Source: Octopus vulgaris (Eukaryota). Taken from it: a stretch of 64,000 nt of DNA. The position numbers and the translations under genes were made by a program. The stretch is taken from the NCBI GenBank assembly GCA_951406725.2, contig OX597815.1, positions 70,122,001-70,186,000 on the forward strand, given 5' to 3'. This document shows positions 1 to 13,444 of this stretch, piece after piece. How positions within the stretch are numbered: position 1 is the first letter of the stretch; each line of letters begins with the position of its first letter. The notes under the pieces were generated by a model. It was not told where the DNA came from and ran no database searches. It worked only from the letters and a program-made list of their open reading frames with translations.

Positions 1-115
1 GGTCTCTAAATAAATTAGAAGTAGACAAAAGGCTTGTTAGAGCCATAAAAGTCATATATAGGAGTGCTTTAATAGGGTGAGAGTTGGCCATGAGTACAGT
101 GATGAATTTAGAACA
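1..115 (+). mobile_element. RTE-clade LINE reverse transcriptase fragment
   Basis: Conceptual translation SLNKLEVDKRLVRAIKVIYRSA...RVGHEYSDEF resembles a non-LTR RT segment; degraded. Confidence 0.55.
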
Positions 116-289
116 AGATAGCAATGATACAGTTGGTAGTGGGTGGGGGCAGGAGAGAGAGGACAGTGGGAGGAGAGACAAACATTGTGCATGAAAAAGA
201 GATGTTTGGTTCATAGGAGTGGGGTGTGTATATTAATGTTATGTGTGGGTGAAATTCATAGCTCTTCTTATGTATCCTTAGTGTTTATT

Positions 290-630
290 GTTTCTGTGCA
301 TGTCATACAAAGATGACTTTCTCTGTTAACCTACCTATGATTCCACTGCTCTTCTGATGTGTCCATAATATACACTGGGTGCAACAGACAGAATTCTTTC
401 CAACACCCTTCTTACATATTGAACAGGGCCTTTTACCTCAGGGAAAGACAGTCTTATATATTTTCTTGTTAACAACTTTGGTCTTCACTAGGTTAACTTT
501 AAGGTCCTTTGATTCCAGGTTTTGCTTCCATACCTGAAAGTTATTTTCCAATTCTGCTTTAAAACCAAAGTCATCAGCATATAGTAGTTTCTATGGACAG
601 CCACCTTTAAATTCTTGTTATGGCCTGGAT
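290..630 (-). mobile_element. RTE-clade LINE ORF fragment (YADD motif)
   Basis: Minus strand reads KLLYADDFGFKAELENNFQVWKQNLESKDLKVNLVKTKVV, then a Cys-rich CSICKKGVGKNSVCCTQC-WTH segment; internal stops present. Confidence 0.8.
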
Positions 631-666
631 GATCTCAGTCCTCTCTTGTTCATCATCATCATCATC

Positions 667-1337
667 ATGAATGAACCTGTTTTGGACCAAATAGTGACTG
701 GTGACAATAAATGGGTTCTCTAAAAATGTCAGGCACCAAAGACAGTGGGTAGGGAAAGGAGAAACACTGGCACCCCAGGCTAAAGAAGGGTCTTCACGCT
801 CTTTGGTGGGATATGAAAAGTTTAGTCCACTTTAAACTTTTACGCCCAAACCAAATAATAACAAAGGAGATCTATTGCAAGCAACCTGAGTGGCTTAAGT
901 AAATGCTAGAAGAAAAACGACCATCTTTGGTTTCAAGATGAAGGTATTCTTCCATCAGGATAATGCTCAGCCACATACAGCAAGGATGATATTCCAAAAG
1001 CTGGAGCAGTTTGAATGGGAGACAATGCCCCACCCACCATATTTGCCAGACATTGCCCCATCTGATTTTCATTTATTGCACAGTCTTCAAAATCATATGG
1101 ACAGAAAAAATATGAATTCTGTAGATAAGGTCAGAACAGTACTGGAGGAGTATTTTTCATCATGGAGAAGGTGAATTTTGGGAGAGGAGCCTTGTAAGTT
1201 TACCAGATAGATGAAAGAGCATTGTAGAAAATGAAGGAGAGTATATTTTAGATTAAAAAAGAACTTTGTTTATCTTAATTTTGAAAAATAAAAGGAGTGT
1301 AAAAAAAACTACATTATTTTATGGGATGAACCAATTA
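667..1337 (+). mobile_element. mariner (DD34D) transposon, 3' half, degraded
   Basis: IVTGDNKWV, HQDNAQPH and HPPYLPDIAPSDFHL catalytic motifs with frameshifts and stops; ends in a TIR-like ...TTATGGGATGAACCAAT followed by TA. Confidence 0.88.
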
Positions 1338-1706
1338 CAGTGTAGAAGATACTAGTAGTCACTGAAAAACACATAAATTCTGTTAACTTCAAATAAACAT
1401 TTATTATTTGGTGTCAATATTTTCATCACATAAGGCGACGAGCTGGCAGAATCATTATGTTCTGAGTTCAAATTCTGCTACAGTTGACTTTGCTTTCATC
1501 CTTTCAGGGTCAATAAAATAAGTACCCATTGAATGCTGGGGTTGATGTAATCAACTTATCCTCTCCCCCAAAACTACTGACCTTGTGCCAAAAATTTGAA
1601 ATTAATATTTTCATCACACCAAATGCAACCTAGTCACTGACAGTTCCACTGCAATTGGTTTGAGGTGAGGTTGTTAGTCAGTATATAACTATAATTATTA
1701 AGTGTA

Positions 1707-1988
1707 ACTTTATATCCAACTTAATGTGGATGTATTGTTAGAATGCTGATTACTGTGTTATTTGCCCAGAGAGGTCCTCTTATATTGATACATGGTGCAT
1801 CTGAGGAAGCACAATATGCTGAAATCACATGATCTGCTAGTTCTGGAATCCATCCCAGACAATTCTCATCTGCTGTAATATATGTGTGTGCTTTTACACA
1901 TCATGCATCTATATGAGAGGACCTCTCAAGGTGAATGACACACTAGTCATCATTCTAACAGTTTATCCATGTTAAGTTGGATATAAAG
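1707..1988. repeat. Fold-back element (~90-bp imperfect arms) with a hammerhead-like core in the spacer
   Basis: tatatccaacttaa...gagaggtcctcttatat is inverted at atatgagaggacctctc...ttaagttggatata. Spacer at 1801-1837 reads CTGAGGA AGCA caata TGCT GAAA TCACATGA TC TGC. Confidence 0.7.
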
Positions 1989-2240
1989 ATGTTAAGATGG
2001 TATTAATAGTGATTCCATCACTAATATTCATTTGATAAACGTATATGTTTCTGAACAAGGGCACACCTTATATTTGCTTGTTTGATGCTTGACCTTAACC
2101 ACTTGAGTGTGTCCTTCAATGGCTGATAATATGTGCATCTCTGATCATGAGCAGAAATAGTGGGAGAGCATCATAGCCATATGTTGAGAGGGATCTATAT
2201 GATCATGTTACACTTTTAGATTAAATCTATATCATGTTAC

Positions 2241-2722
2241 ACTTTTTGTGTAACATGATTTTCATCCTTGGATAGCAGCTGTTATCTCTTATTTGCTAGA
2301 AAGTATGAAAAATGGCTAATATTTCCTTCAAACTTTGCTTTTGTTACATTTATTCAAACCCCAAAGAATCCGTCTCAACATATGGCTACAATGCTCTCCC
2401 ACTACTTCTGCTCATGATCAGAGATGCACATATTATCAGCCATTAAAGGACACACTCCAGTGGTTACGGTCAAGCATCTAACAAGCAAATCTGTGGTACT
2501 GAACAGAATATTTGTTATGATGATATTTCTGCTTCAGCTACTCAGTACTGAATCTGTCTGAAATGTAATGGAAAATAAGTCAGTTTCAAAACATTGATGT
2601 CCAGTTCACAAATGCAAAGTTTGAAGAGAATAGTAGTCGTTACCTTTGATTTCTAGATAGAAACAAATAGGAAACAATACTGACTAAAAACAAAAAAGAA
2701 ATAAAATTTTGTTAAACAGTGT
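2241..2722. mobile_element. ~480-bp MITE with long imperfect TIRs (copy 1 of 3)
   Basis: Ends tgtgtaacatgatttt...cttatttgc and aaacaaataggaaac...ttttgttaaacagtgt. Alignable copies at ~28770-29260 and ~47994-48458. Confidence 0.75.
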
Positions 2723-3109
2723 TATCAGCTGGCTAGTCCCATACCTCCTTCATTCAGGCATCCTCAACTGACTTCTCTCTCCACCTCTTGGTATTCTTCT
2801 TGTGTCTACATCTCACCCACCTACTCAGAATTATGCAATATTCACAATCCTTTTTCCTCAGAATCTTCTTGCTTCTGTCTTTCCTGCAGGGGTTGACCAG
2901 CTACAGTTTAAAAAGGAACACTAACTACAATAAAACTCACTGGTCTTAGTAGGCCTGAAAGGGTCTTAGGCACTGTCCTTTCCTCCACACTCCACAAATA
3001 TAAAACAAAAAATATCCACTTATTTTGTCAATATATATATATATATATATATATATTGAGTCAAGTACATCAACATCAAATAAAAATCAAATGGAAATTG
3101 TAGTTGGAT

Positions 3110-3292
3110 AGCTGTGCCGGTGGCACATAAAAAGCACTCATGGAGTGGTTGGTGTTAAGAAGGGCATCAAGCTGTAGAAACACTGCCAGATCAGACTGGA
3201 GCCTGGTGCAGCCTCCTGGCTTCCCAGACCCAGTCGAACCATCCAACCCATGCTAGCATGGAAAACGGACATTAAACGATGATGATGATGAT
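3110..3292 (+). mobile_element. Abundant retroposon 3' end with (GAT)n tail (SINE/RTE-related); representative copy
   Basis: Ends aggaagggcatccagc...cccatgctagcatggaaaacggacattaaac(gat)n. More than 12 relatives in the window, e.g. ~4305, 5760, 29830, 33880, 35400, 42040, 46220, 47520, 53780, 54840, 56400. Confidence 0.75.
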
Positions 3293-5364
3293 ATATATAT
3301 ATATATATCAAGATTGAAGTTGAAACTATACAATATACGTTGCAGGATTGAGTCTAAAATAAAAAGAAAAAAAATTAGCACGTACAGCTGTGTGTGCTCC
3401 AACATAGCCACAGTCCAATGTCTGAAACAAAACAGTAAATACCACATGACATTTGTAACAGAATTGGCAATGGCAAAGAAAATCATTTAACTAAATTTTC
3501 ATTGGAGTGGCAAAAATTTGGTAAGAGGTCAATAGTGGTAAGAACGGTGGATGAAGTGACCAATAGAGAGAAACAAAAATAAAAATAAAACAAAAATATA
3601 ACAATAGAACAGAAGAAAAATGAGGTTTGAAATAGTTTTATATTTATATATATTTATATTTTAAAAAATTAACACATAAAAAAAATCATTTCAAATCAGC
3701 TTGATTAAAAGAATAAAATGCTTGTTGTTACAATTTTATATTCTCTGTCTTTGTGTGTGAAGGCAGGTAGCCTAGTGATTAAAGTGTTGCATTCACAATC
3801 AAAATGTTTTGGTTTTCATTTCTGAATTGGACAGTGTGTTATGTTCTTGAGCAAAAATACTGGCAATAGATAAGTTAATCCTGTGACAGAGTAGCATCCT
3901 GTACAGTGGAATCCTGTTCAGTTGCAGTATTGCGATCTCAGTCACTTATATGCCATGGCTTATGAATCATAGAGCTCATTATAAACTTGTGTGTGTGTTA
4001 GAGAGTAACAATGAATGACAGTCAAACTACCAGGACACAAAATATAGAACAATGCTCAAGAGCCGATAACAACAACAGCAACATGACAGTATGGTAGGGA
4101 GTGGAGGAGCAAGTAATTAATAAATTCTTGAAAGTCATGACAGTTTGAATATTTAATAAAAAAAATCAGCAGAATGTCAGTAAAATGTTAAAAAGAAAAT
4201 ATATAGATGCAGATGTAGCTGTGTGGTTAAGAAGCTTGCTTCCAAACGGTGTGATCTCAGGTTCTATCCTGCTCACCGATCTAGATTACATTAAGATAAA
4301 GCTCATCATTATTTTATGTTTGCTTTCCATGCTGGCATGGATTGGATGGGTTATCTCAGTCAAATTCACAACACATTTGGGACTACTGATCACCTACATG
4401 GGTCGGAGATCTACATCTTCCTTGCATATTTCATTTTTAGCTTGGTTTCTATTGATGAACGCCTTCCTAATGCCAAGCACTTTACATTACATGTACTGAA
4501 TGCTTTTAATCATACCACCAGCACTAGTGAGGTTACCATGCAGCTTGAAAAACTACGAACCCTGAGAAAGATGGCTTTATGCTAGGAGATGAGAAATATG
4601 AGAGAAAGGGCTAGAACAGAATAGCTTTGTTGCTGTGAAGGAGCTACATGTAGTAACCGAAAGATATGTTAAGATAACTGTTATATAACAATTTAATTCA
4701 GTTAAACTCAAATAAAACTATAACAACTCTAAGTGAGTAGCACAAACCAGCGCTGCTAAACAAAACAAAAAAAAAGACTACACTTAGAAGGTTTACAATT
4801 GAAATGTTTGTTTGTTGAAGCACCTTTATTATACACTGCTCTAGTCTGATCTGACACCATACGGACATCAGATTATATTAAAACCGAAGCTATGAACTGT
4901 CTAATTATAGTTTAATGAGACATCAACAAACCTTAATTATGTCTGGCTAAACTTATATCACATATATTTAAAGGGATTATCGTAAATCTAAAGCGTATCT
5001 GACCAAGAGTGTATGAAGAACTTATTGGCTGGTTGGGGTTGTAGAATTTAATGGGGAGATAACTATAGGATGCTGTGTTTCTGAAAAAACAAAAAAACAT
5101 TTAAAGAGCATGCATGCATCCTGCACTTTAATGTACCACGGACAGAACATGATGAAAAGAAATATAAAACAATAACCAATACAGTTCTGCAGAATCGGTT
5201 TCACTTCATTCCTGATCCACAAAATTTTTAGATAACTTTTACTTGATTCATTTGTTACAGAATTTTTATTCAATGATTTTCTCTGGGATTAATCCACAAT
5301 AACTCATGAAGCCAGGCTTTATATTCTTTTGTTGATTTTACATGGCTATGTTGAAGCACTATCT

Positions 5365-5591
5365 TTAACTATTTAGCATTCAGATTACTCTGTCAAATGT
5401 AATGTCTCTTTATTCACATTGTTTTTGAGTTAATCATACATTATCTTGTAGCTTTGAGGTTTCAATAATGTGATTACCTATTTTGACTGACATTGATGGA
5501 TAGGTGTGAGAGGCTAGATCTGACCAGTTTTAACATAAAACAGGTGAAACATTTGGGCCTGCTATGACTTGTTTAAGTACTAAAGGGTTAA
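5365..5591. mobile_element. TTAA-flanked (piggyBac-type) MITE, ~225 bp
   Basis: ttaa-CtaTTTAGCATT...AAGTACTAAAGGG-ttaa. Copies at ~34066-34281, ~36163-36380 and ~60328-60505. Confidence 0.75.
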
Positions 5592-6109
5592 AACTAACAT
5601 TCTCTGGATGCAGTCTAGAATTTCGGTGTGTGTAGCAGCAGCACAATCCCAGATTATCAACAAGTTGACTTAAACTTTAAGGTTGTTCAAATCAACAAGA
5701 TCTATGCTCCTCTGTTACTATTACTAGTTCCTTTCTGAGGGATAGACATAGTTTGATCACTATCATCACTGTTTAAATGTCTATATTCCATCCAAAGGGA
5801 TAGACAGTATTCAATGGGTCCAAGGCCTACAGCATGCTCCAGTGTCTGCTTTGATGAAGTTTCTATGGTTGGATGCCCTTCCTAATGCTAACTACTTTTC
5901 AGCAGGTACTGGGCACTTTTTTTCATGCCACTAGCACAAGTGAAGTTTTGAAGTCCTTGACCAGATAACAAACCCTGAAGGGACAGCTTTACACTAGGAA
6001 ATGAGGTATAAAAGTTTTTTTGTTTTTGTTTTACTTGCTGGATCTAGACGAAAGGAAAGTACCAATGACCTCTGCAACCCTTCCTAGGCCAATAAGATTT
6101 ATGCCATTA

Positions 6110-6300
6110 GTATTCTTTTTGAATCTTTGTAAATTAAGACCTGTGGGGAGCAATATATAAACAGAGAGAATTCCAAAGGGATTACATACAGGTGAAGAAG
6201 GACAGGGTGTAGCTGTTTGTGTGGAACCTGGGGTGGGGTGGAATTAGGGTTGGACTCAAGGGTAATGAGAGGAAGAGAGATGAGTGAGATGGGAATGCTT
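6110..6300 (-). mobile_element. CR1/L2-like LINE ORF2 C-terminal remnant
   Basis: Minus strand reads HTNSYTLSFFTCM*SLWNSL, matching the SFFxRxxxLWNSLP C-terminal motif. Confidence 0.45.
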
Positions 6301-7279
6301 GATATTAAGGAGACTAAGTCAAAGGAAGTGATTGTACTTGTTCATAAATCTTAGAAGAAAATAAGAAAAATAATCTTTTATCTGTGGCTATGTTGGAGTA
6401 CTGCCTTAAAGGGTTTAGTTGGACAAATCAACCCTAGCACTAATGCTTTACATCTGGTACTTATACTATTGGTCTCCTTTGTCAAACTTCTAAGTTACAG
6501 AAACATAAACAAGCTAACATCTGTTGTCCAGTTGTTGGGGAAAATACACAGACACATACACATATATTATATATATATATATACAATGGGGTCTGACATA
6601 CTTTCTGGCTATCAAATCCACTCATAAAGTATCAGTTAACCTAGAGCTACAATAAAAGAGTATTGTACAAAATACTCTGCAGTGGGACTGAATCTGAAAC
6701 TCTGGTTGCAAAGTAAGCTTCTTAACCAGATAGTCATGCCAAATATGTAAATAAAAGAAGGCATTTTGAGACCTATTTTTACCTTTCAACTAAATTCAAT
6801 GTATAGAATATTAAAATATTTGCAGTCCTTGAAATATTTACCGTCTTTGCAGTATAACTTGAAACAAAGATCCTGGAACAATGGTATCCTTCAGCCTTGC
6901 AGTCAAACTATTATGCAGAATAACCATATCTGTATTGAGAGTAATCTATAATGGAGTGTGTTTTACAAGTAACTGAATGTCATTCACATTTTTAAAAAAA
7001 ATTAATTTAATTCTATGGCAAAGTGCATCAATTGAAGTCAAAACCAGGACTGACCAATGGAGATGTCTTGAAAACAACTTCAAAATTAACATCAGGTGAG
7101 TAGACTTGGAAACCACAACAATGTGAAACTTCAGAAAACTATGAGATGACCACTGCTTGTGTTTTGCAACTGCACAAAATATGTAATAGAACTACTTCCA
7201 CGACTCAGACAATCAGTATTCCATGTTTGTGCCATATTTGCAATCACCAGTGGTCATAATACTTTGGTCTCTATATTCA

Positions 7280-7490
7280 AGTGTGTTTACAGATAAATCC
7301 ATGTTTCACAAGTGTTTATAGATGAATGCATGCTACATGTTCACAGATACATACACACTACTTTATTGTGTTTATAGATAAATGCACATTGCATCATGTG
7401 GTTCTAGGTGAATGCACACTGCATCATGTGTTCACAGATGAATGCATGCTGCTGAATGTGTGTTCCTAAATAAATTCACACTGCATCAAC
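7280..7490. repeat. Minisatellite, ~30-bp unit, ~7 degenerate copies
   Basis: Repeated gtgttYaYagatRaatgcaYactgcatcat. Confidence 0.8.
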
Positions 7491-7679
7491 TACCTTTATT
7501 TTGAAAGACAACCTAGAAGAATATATAAATATAAAAACCAGCAGACTATATAGATTTTCATTGACTTCACCGTTTCAATTAAGAACTAAGTGATAAAAAT
7601 ATACTAAATATTTCCTTAAGAATTAATCAGCTATTCACTAGTCTCCTGAAAATTTCAAAAGCCAAAATAGGCTGAGTCT

Positions 7680-8119
7680 TTAACCCTTTTAATACCAACA
7701 CACCTGAGACCATTCCTTATGGTACAAACTTCCTGCTTTAATCCACCTGAGACTGATTTTATTCTTTGATACAAGCTTTCTGTTTTAAGTGATCTAAATT
7801 TAAATTTAGATCATTCCTCATTAAAATTACTTATGTTCCAAACATCAGCTTAATAACAACAAAGTTATTTTACTTAGAATATTTACTCACATGTAAGATA
7901 CACTATTTTGTACTTGATTTTAACTAGAAAAACTGCAGTGCGACTAATACACAGGACACAGTTGAAACTAGGAAGGGAAAAAATTTTGTACCAAGACTTA
8001 ACTCTACATTAGGGATGCAACTTATCCACAAATATATATGGTAATTCTTCATTATATTTCAAGGAAATTAATTGAAATAAGGGTGTATTTCAAAACAAAT
8101 ATGGTAACAAAAGGGTTAA
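7680..8119. mobile_element. Second TTAA-flanked MITE family, with a nested ~165-bp insertion
   Basis: ttaaCCCTTTT...AAAAGGGttaa. Relatives at ~25185-25465, 27075-27460, 42750-42866, 43095-43250 and 44135-44480 lack the ~7874-8041 segment. Confidence 0.7.
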
Positions 8120-8715
8120 GGTCATGAATAATTTGTATTCTGTCACTGACAGAGTCACTTAATTTTTAATAATTTAGTCTTCTAAGAATAAAACAGATGC
8201 CATGGGAAGTTAAGGCTAATCACTGTAAACAAGCAGCACTGCACATCTAATGCATGTTTAGTTAGCTTGCAGTACCGAGCTAAAATGTTTGTTTGAGTTA
8301 CCGAAGAGAGATGATGAATATCACAACTAATGCTGATATTCGAGACACGCCAAAGCTAGTGTACTAACAGCTTCACCTGGTGTTATAGAAACTAAGTTAG
8401 AGGAAGTCAGACTACTAATTCTGCACCAACCCGCCAAGAATGGATTACCACTGTAATAAGCTGAATATCTTAAGAATGAATCCCACTCATATCCATACAA
8501 CTACTTAAAAGTAAAAAAAGCCTAAAAAAACAAAGGTTCAGACAGACATATCTTAAGTTAACATGGAGGGAATATCATCCTTGAAAAGGTTGTGAATGGC
8601 AACAAAAGGACACTGACAAGCCTAGCTGATAAACCGATTGATTGAATGATTGATCAAACAGTTGATTAGTTTATTAACAAATAATTAAAAAGTGAAACTG
8701 AACCAATGCATGTGT

Positions 8716-8950
8716 TTATTTGTTTCTTTATTACCCACAAGGGGCTAAACATAGACGGGACAAACAAGGACAGACAAACGGATTAAGTCGATTACATCGA
8801 CCCCAGTGCGTAACTGGTACTTAATTTATCGACCCCGAAAGGATGAAAGGCAAAGTCAACCTCGGCGGAATTTGAACTCAGAACATAACAGCAGACAAAA
8901 TATGGCAACGCATTTTGCCCGGCTGCTAACAGTTCTGCCAGCTCGCTGCC
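8716..8950 (-). mobile_element. tRNA-derived SINE family A (well-preserved copy)
   Basis: Minus strand ggcagcgagctggcagaac...ctgagttcaaattcc (B box)...gcctttcatcctttcggggtcgataaa. Near-identical copy at ~49368-49600; others at ~1434, 16335, 43920, 49630, 50430, 52320, 52570. Confidence 0.8.
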
Positions 8951-9254
8951 ATGTGTTTATTGTTGACGTAATGACCCTCCCCAGATACAACAAAATCTGA
9001 TTCAACACATGAGTTCACATCAACAATTTTGCAAACAAAATAATATTTTATTCTTTTTTCTGTTAATTCTTGAACATATAACTGTTTCCTTTACACACAA
9101 CCATCTTTATTTCAGGAAATAGCTTACTATCTCTGTGGAATTTAGGCTTTTAGTGATAAAATTCTGAGATAATGTTGCTTATATTAAGCAGGTGCATGTA
9201 GGCGTAGGCGTATATGTGTGGGTTTGTGTGTAGGTGCATGTGTGTGGGTAATGG

Positions 9255-9287
<33 letters not shown>

Positions 9288-11699
9288 TGTGTGTGTGCAT
9301 GTGTGTGTGTGTGTAAAGGGTTGATATTCACAATTGACAAACAGATGTTTACATAAATAAAATTGGTAGGGGTGATGGAGGAGGTATGAAAGCTATTTTA
9401 CATAATTAGATTTTGAAAACTGAAATTAAATTTGATAAATTGAGAATTCAATAATAAAATAATTTCTTTGTGTTTTATGAATCAATTTGAATTGCCATTA
9501 TCATTTCAATTTTATTTTATTTACATTTTAAATCAGACTTTCAAATTTTGAAATAAAAAAAAAAGAAACTGTTCAAAATGTTTTTAATTTTATTTCCATC
9601 CTTGTGTTTGGTATATGAAGATATGTCAGTTTTAATCATCATTTTTAAAATTTTAAAACAAGAGTTAACTAAAAAAATAAAATGAAATAAAATTTTTATT
9701 TAATATCTCAAAAAAAAAAAAAAATTAATGGAGACTCAGCTCACTGATATCAATTTAAATATCAAAATATTTCTATACAATAATAGCCAATATATAAGTT
9801 GGTTGGTTGATTTCTTAAGTCACGCTTTACATCATATAGAGAGAGGGGGAGAGAGAATAAGAAAGAGATATATAGGGAGAGTTCACATAGAAGGTGCATG
9901 ATGAGTGGAGAAAAAAGACACAAAGACAGAGGAGGAGGAGAGGGAGTAACTGACAGAGAAGTTATGGGAAGAGCTATACAAATGAGAAATTCTTTTAGTT
10001 AATTTTATTTTAAGGTAATAAATATTTTTTTAGAAAATTAGTATTAATTTCATCAAGAAATTTGATAAAAAAAGTTAAATTATAATTATTGCATGTATGC
10101 CATACTTCCTGATATTACCCAAAGCGGCAAAAATATACTCCCAACGTTACCCATCCACATGAAGGGTAACATTCTAGTCATGATATAATTTACAAGTATT
10201 ATAATTCTCTTCTGCTGGATAATCTATCAGATAAACTAATCTCTTAATCATTTACTATCAGGTAATTAAAAAAGAAAGAAAGAAAAAGCATGAAATAGAA
10301 ATACACACTAACATTAATCCAGTTTAATTAAATATTTGCAGATTACTGGATTACACCAAGATGGTGGACATTTTTGTTTTTAAAAGTGCAGCGTGTACAA
10401 GTGCAGACATAGTTAGGTGTAATATAACCTTTGAAAGTGAACCATGTTCTTTCAGAGATATCAGATAGTTTATATGAATAAACCTTTTTGTTTAGAAACT
10501 ATGAACATGCTTTTCAAACTTGTTGTACGGATTCAGCATCAATTTTTATGGCATCTTTGGTTCCAGACAGTGCTGGACAATACATTCAGTCAGATAAAAA
10601 AAGTGATCATGTGAGAATAATTCTGAGTAAAATCTTAGAAGATTGCAGCCACATTATTTTGTAACTTTTCACTGCTAAACCTTCACGATACTCTTTTATT
10701 CACTAGAAATCTGTATTTAAATTAAAAACATTCTTCCAGCCCTCACAACTATAATAAAATGAAGCTCAAATACTTAAAACCAACTCTACTGCCACATGCT
10801 AACCTCCTAACCTCAAGGGCCTCACTGGAACATAATTGTGTAGGGTATACATTATCTTTTCTTCTTTCACACTGAGAAACAATATTCTCTGCCATGAAGG
10901 CATGTTATCAATTAACTTTCTCTTCACAGACAATGTCTTAGGATGGGGTACGAGATGTTTTGGTACAGCCACTTTGGTGTCACCAATTCCATGCTACTCA
11001 TTCAATGCTGATTTGACATCATATATTTTAATGTTTCACTCATTTTAAAGTTTATATCATTCTCTCCCTCTCTATTTCCCCTTATTTGTATGAACATATT
11101 TCCTTGTCTGTGTAGGAGGAGAGGGAAAGTGTTCAAGTCAGTTATGTTCAATGAATAAATTGTAATGTCTCTCTCACTCTTTCTATCTATATGTGTATAT
11201 TTCTGCAGGCACGTGTGTGTATGAGAGAGCATTTGCCTCCAGTGCTAAAAAGTATTGCCACCAAAACAGGCTGAATATCCAGTCAGCCATGCCAAATCAT
11301 CTCATTCTACTTAGGAGGTTAGTAAGTTTGCTGTACTAGTTAGGGTGTAGGAAGAATGTAGGCTGTGAAGGCTTGGTAGTGGAAAAAGCTATTAATAATG
11401 GTTGCAGGAAATTTAAATGTTATCACATAATTGTCCAGATTAAAAGAGGTACCAGATCATTAGTTGCTACAAAATTGATTGATAGAGCTTTAATTACAAT
11501 TTGCATGAATAAACTGTGTAAATTTTGAGTAATGCAACAAATGAACAAAAGGTAAACTGAGTCGAACAAAATGGCAGAGGAAAACTTGGGAAGACAAAAA
11601 GCAGCATCGCTGAAATGTAGAAACATTTGGATTCATGCAAGCAGACACATATAAAACACACATACACACAAGCAAACATATAAATCATCAAAACCAACC

Positions 11700-12020
11700 A
11701 TAGTCGCCACTTGCAAGTGAGTATGACTTGGTAACATGTATCATGCTTCAGCTAATTGACTTAGGTGCCTGTTAAGTTGTGAGCAGATGTAGACACCCTC
11801 TCAGATCTCCCACCCTTGGCCCAGCATAACATAGAAGATGTAACAGCTGGAAGGAGAGAGGGTTGCACTAGAAATGACTGGTATTCATTTATAGCTGAGT
11901 AAACTGGAACGACATGAAATGATGTACTTTGTTCCAAGATAGGCACTGCCCAAACCAGGAACTGAACCCACAACTTTATGATCATGAACCCAACATCCTA
12001 ACCACTGGGCCATGTGCCAT
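11700..12020 (-). mobile_element. tRNA-derived SINE family C; representative copy
   Basis: Minus strand ggcacatggcccagtggttagg (A box)...gggttcagttcc (B box). Relatives at ~3758, 18310, 21235, 26410, 28215. Confidence 0.65.
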
Positions 12021-12922
12021 CATGCATAATTTATACTTGCACACACATATATATATAGCAAATAAATATATTTCAAAATAAAACAAACATACATATTTTT
12101 CCAATATGGGAAGTTAACAGCAATCTTTCCAATACAAAGAAATGTCAGGTGACATCTTTGATTATATTTTTAAAACAAATGAAATGAATGTTAGCAAATG
12201 TGGAATATTTGTAGACGTTCATCAGAATTGGAATCTCAACTAAAAATGGAGGAACACACTGAGATTTTAAACTTACCATCACACACTTCTAAATCATATT
12301 GAATTTTATTGGCAAGAACACCAACAGATAAATGATAACAGAATGCTTATGAAACCTAATATATTAATACTGGCCTCTTACTGGAGGACATTGAAAAATA
12401 AAACAGCATTGAATAAGTCTGTATGGTTGATTGTATAAAACAAAAAATATATAATAGAAAAACTAATGCTGATAAAGCTTAATGAAATAATCTTGAATAG
12501 AACTAGCAAAGGAAAAGGATACTGAGAGAGGTGAGGGCAGGGGGACCATGAGGGAAACATTGTCACATTCTCTCCAAGAAAAGATCAAGCTTTGTAAAAA
12601 GCACGACATTATTCTGCATATAAAAAGATTTATTGAAGTAAATAATAAAGATTAAAACTTTTTAATTAGAATTAATTAACTCAAATTTATGACAGTATAA
12701 CCAAGATCTAGAGTTGTTTCTGTTTGGTATTGTTTTCATCTCAACAATTGCAAAAAATGAAAAAAAAAAAAAAGAAAGAAATTTTAGAAACTTAATTTAC
12801 AAAATGTGGCTGATTATAATTTAGTTCTACGGCAAATGTTTTGAGCCAATCATCATCATCTTTTCCATCCCCTTGCTTGAAGGGTAACAAGTTCCTTTAG
12901 TAATATAGCACCACATTGAATT

Positions 12923-12957
<35 letters not shown>

Positions 12958-13278
12958 ATGAGAGAATAGAAAGGTAATTAATAAATCAATATTTATTAAT
13001 TAATTAAATTAAAAATTAATTGAAAGTCGAATCTCTTTAGAGGCAGATAAAGGTTTACAAAGTAGGTGTTCAATTTCCTCAGCTGTTTACTCAATATGAG
13101 GAAACTGAATGCCTACTTTGTATACCTTTATCTACCTCTGAAGAGATTCAGCTTTCAAATAATTTTTAATTTAATTAATTAATTTTCTGAGAGCATGATT
13201 TAAAACAGCTGTAAGGGATGTTTGTCAATTTTTTAATTGATAAATAATAATTTATTAACTACTTTACTATTCTCTCAT
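12958..13278. mobile_element. Nested inverted-repeat element with a degenerate hammerhead (Penelope pLTR-like)
   Basis: Outer inverted repeat 12958-13003 / 13233-13278. Inner hairpin 12998-13081 / 13097-13180. Plus strand CCT CTGAAGA...AAAA CAGCTG TA AGG at 13135-13216. Confidence 0.72.
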
Positions 13279-13444
13279 CTTATTATTATAATAAATAAAA
13301 TATATATATAAACCACAGTTTATATAGTTACCTTGCAGTGGAGTATTAAATATGATGTTCAACATACTTTGTATAGGTAATTAACCAGTGCTTTCATAGG
13401 ATTTTGCTATCCCTGAATGAGGTTTGTAACCTTTAATTGTGCTT

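Noticed and set aside
8305-8355. ATGATGA ATATCA...TGATATTC GAGAC hammerhead-like hairpin
   Set aside because: Two core mismatches and no identifiable stem I or UH site; cannot be told from chance.
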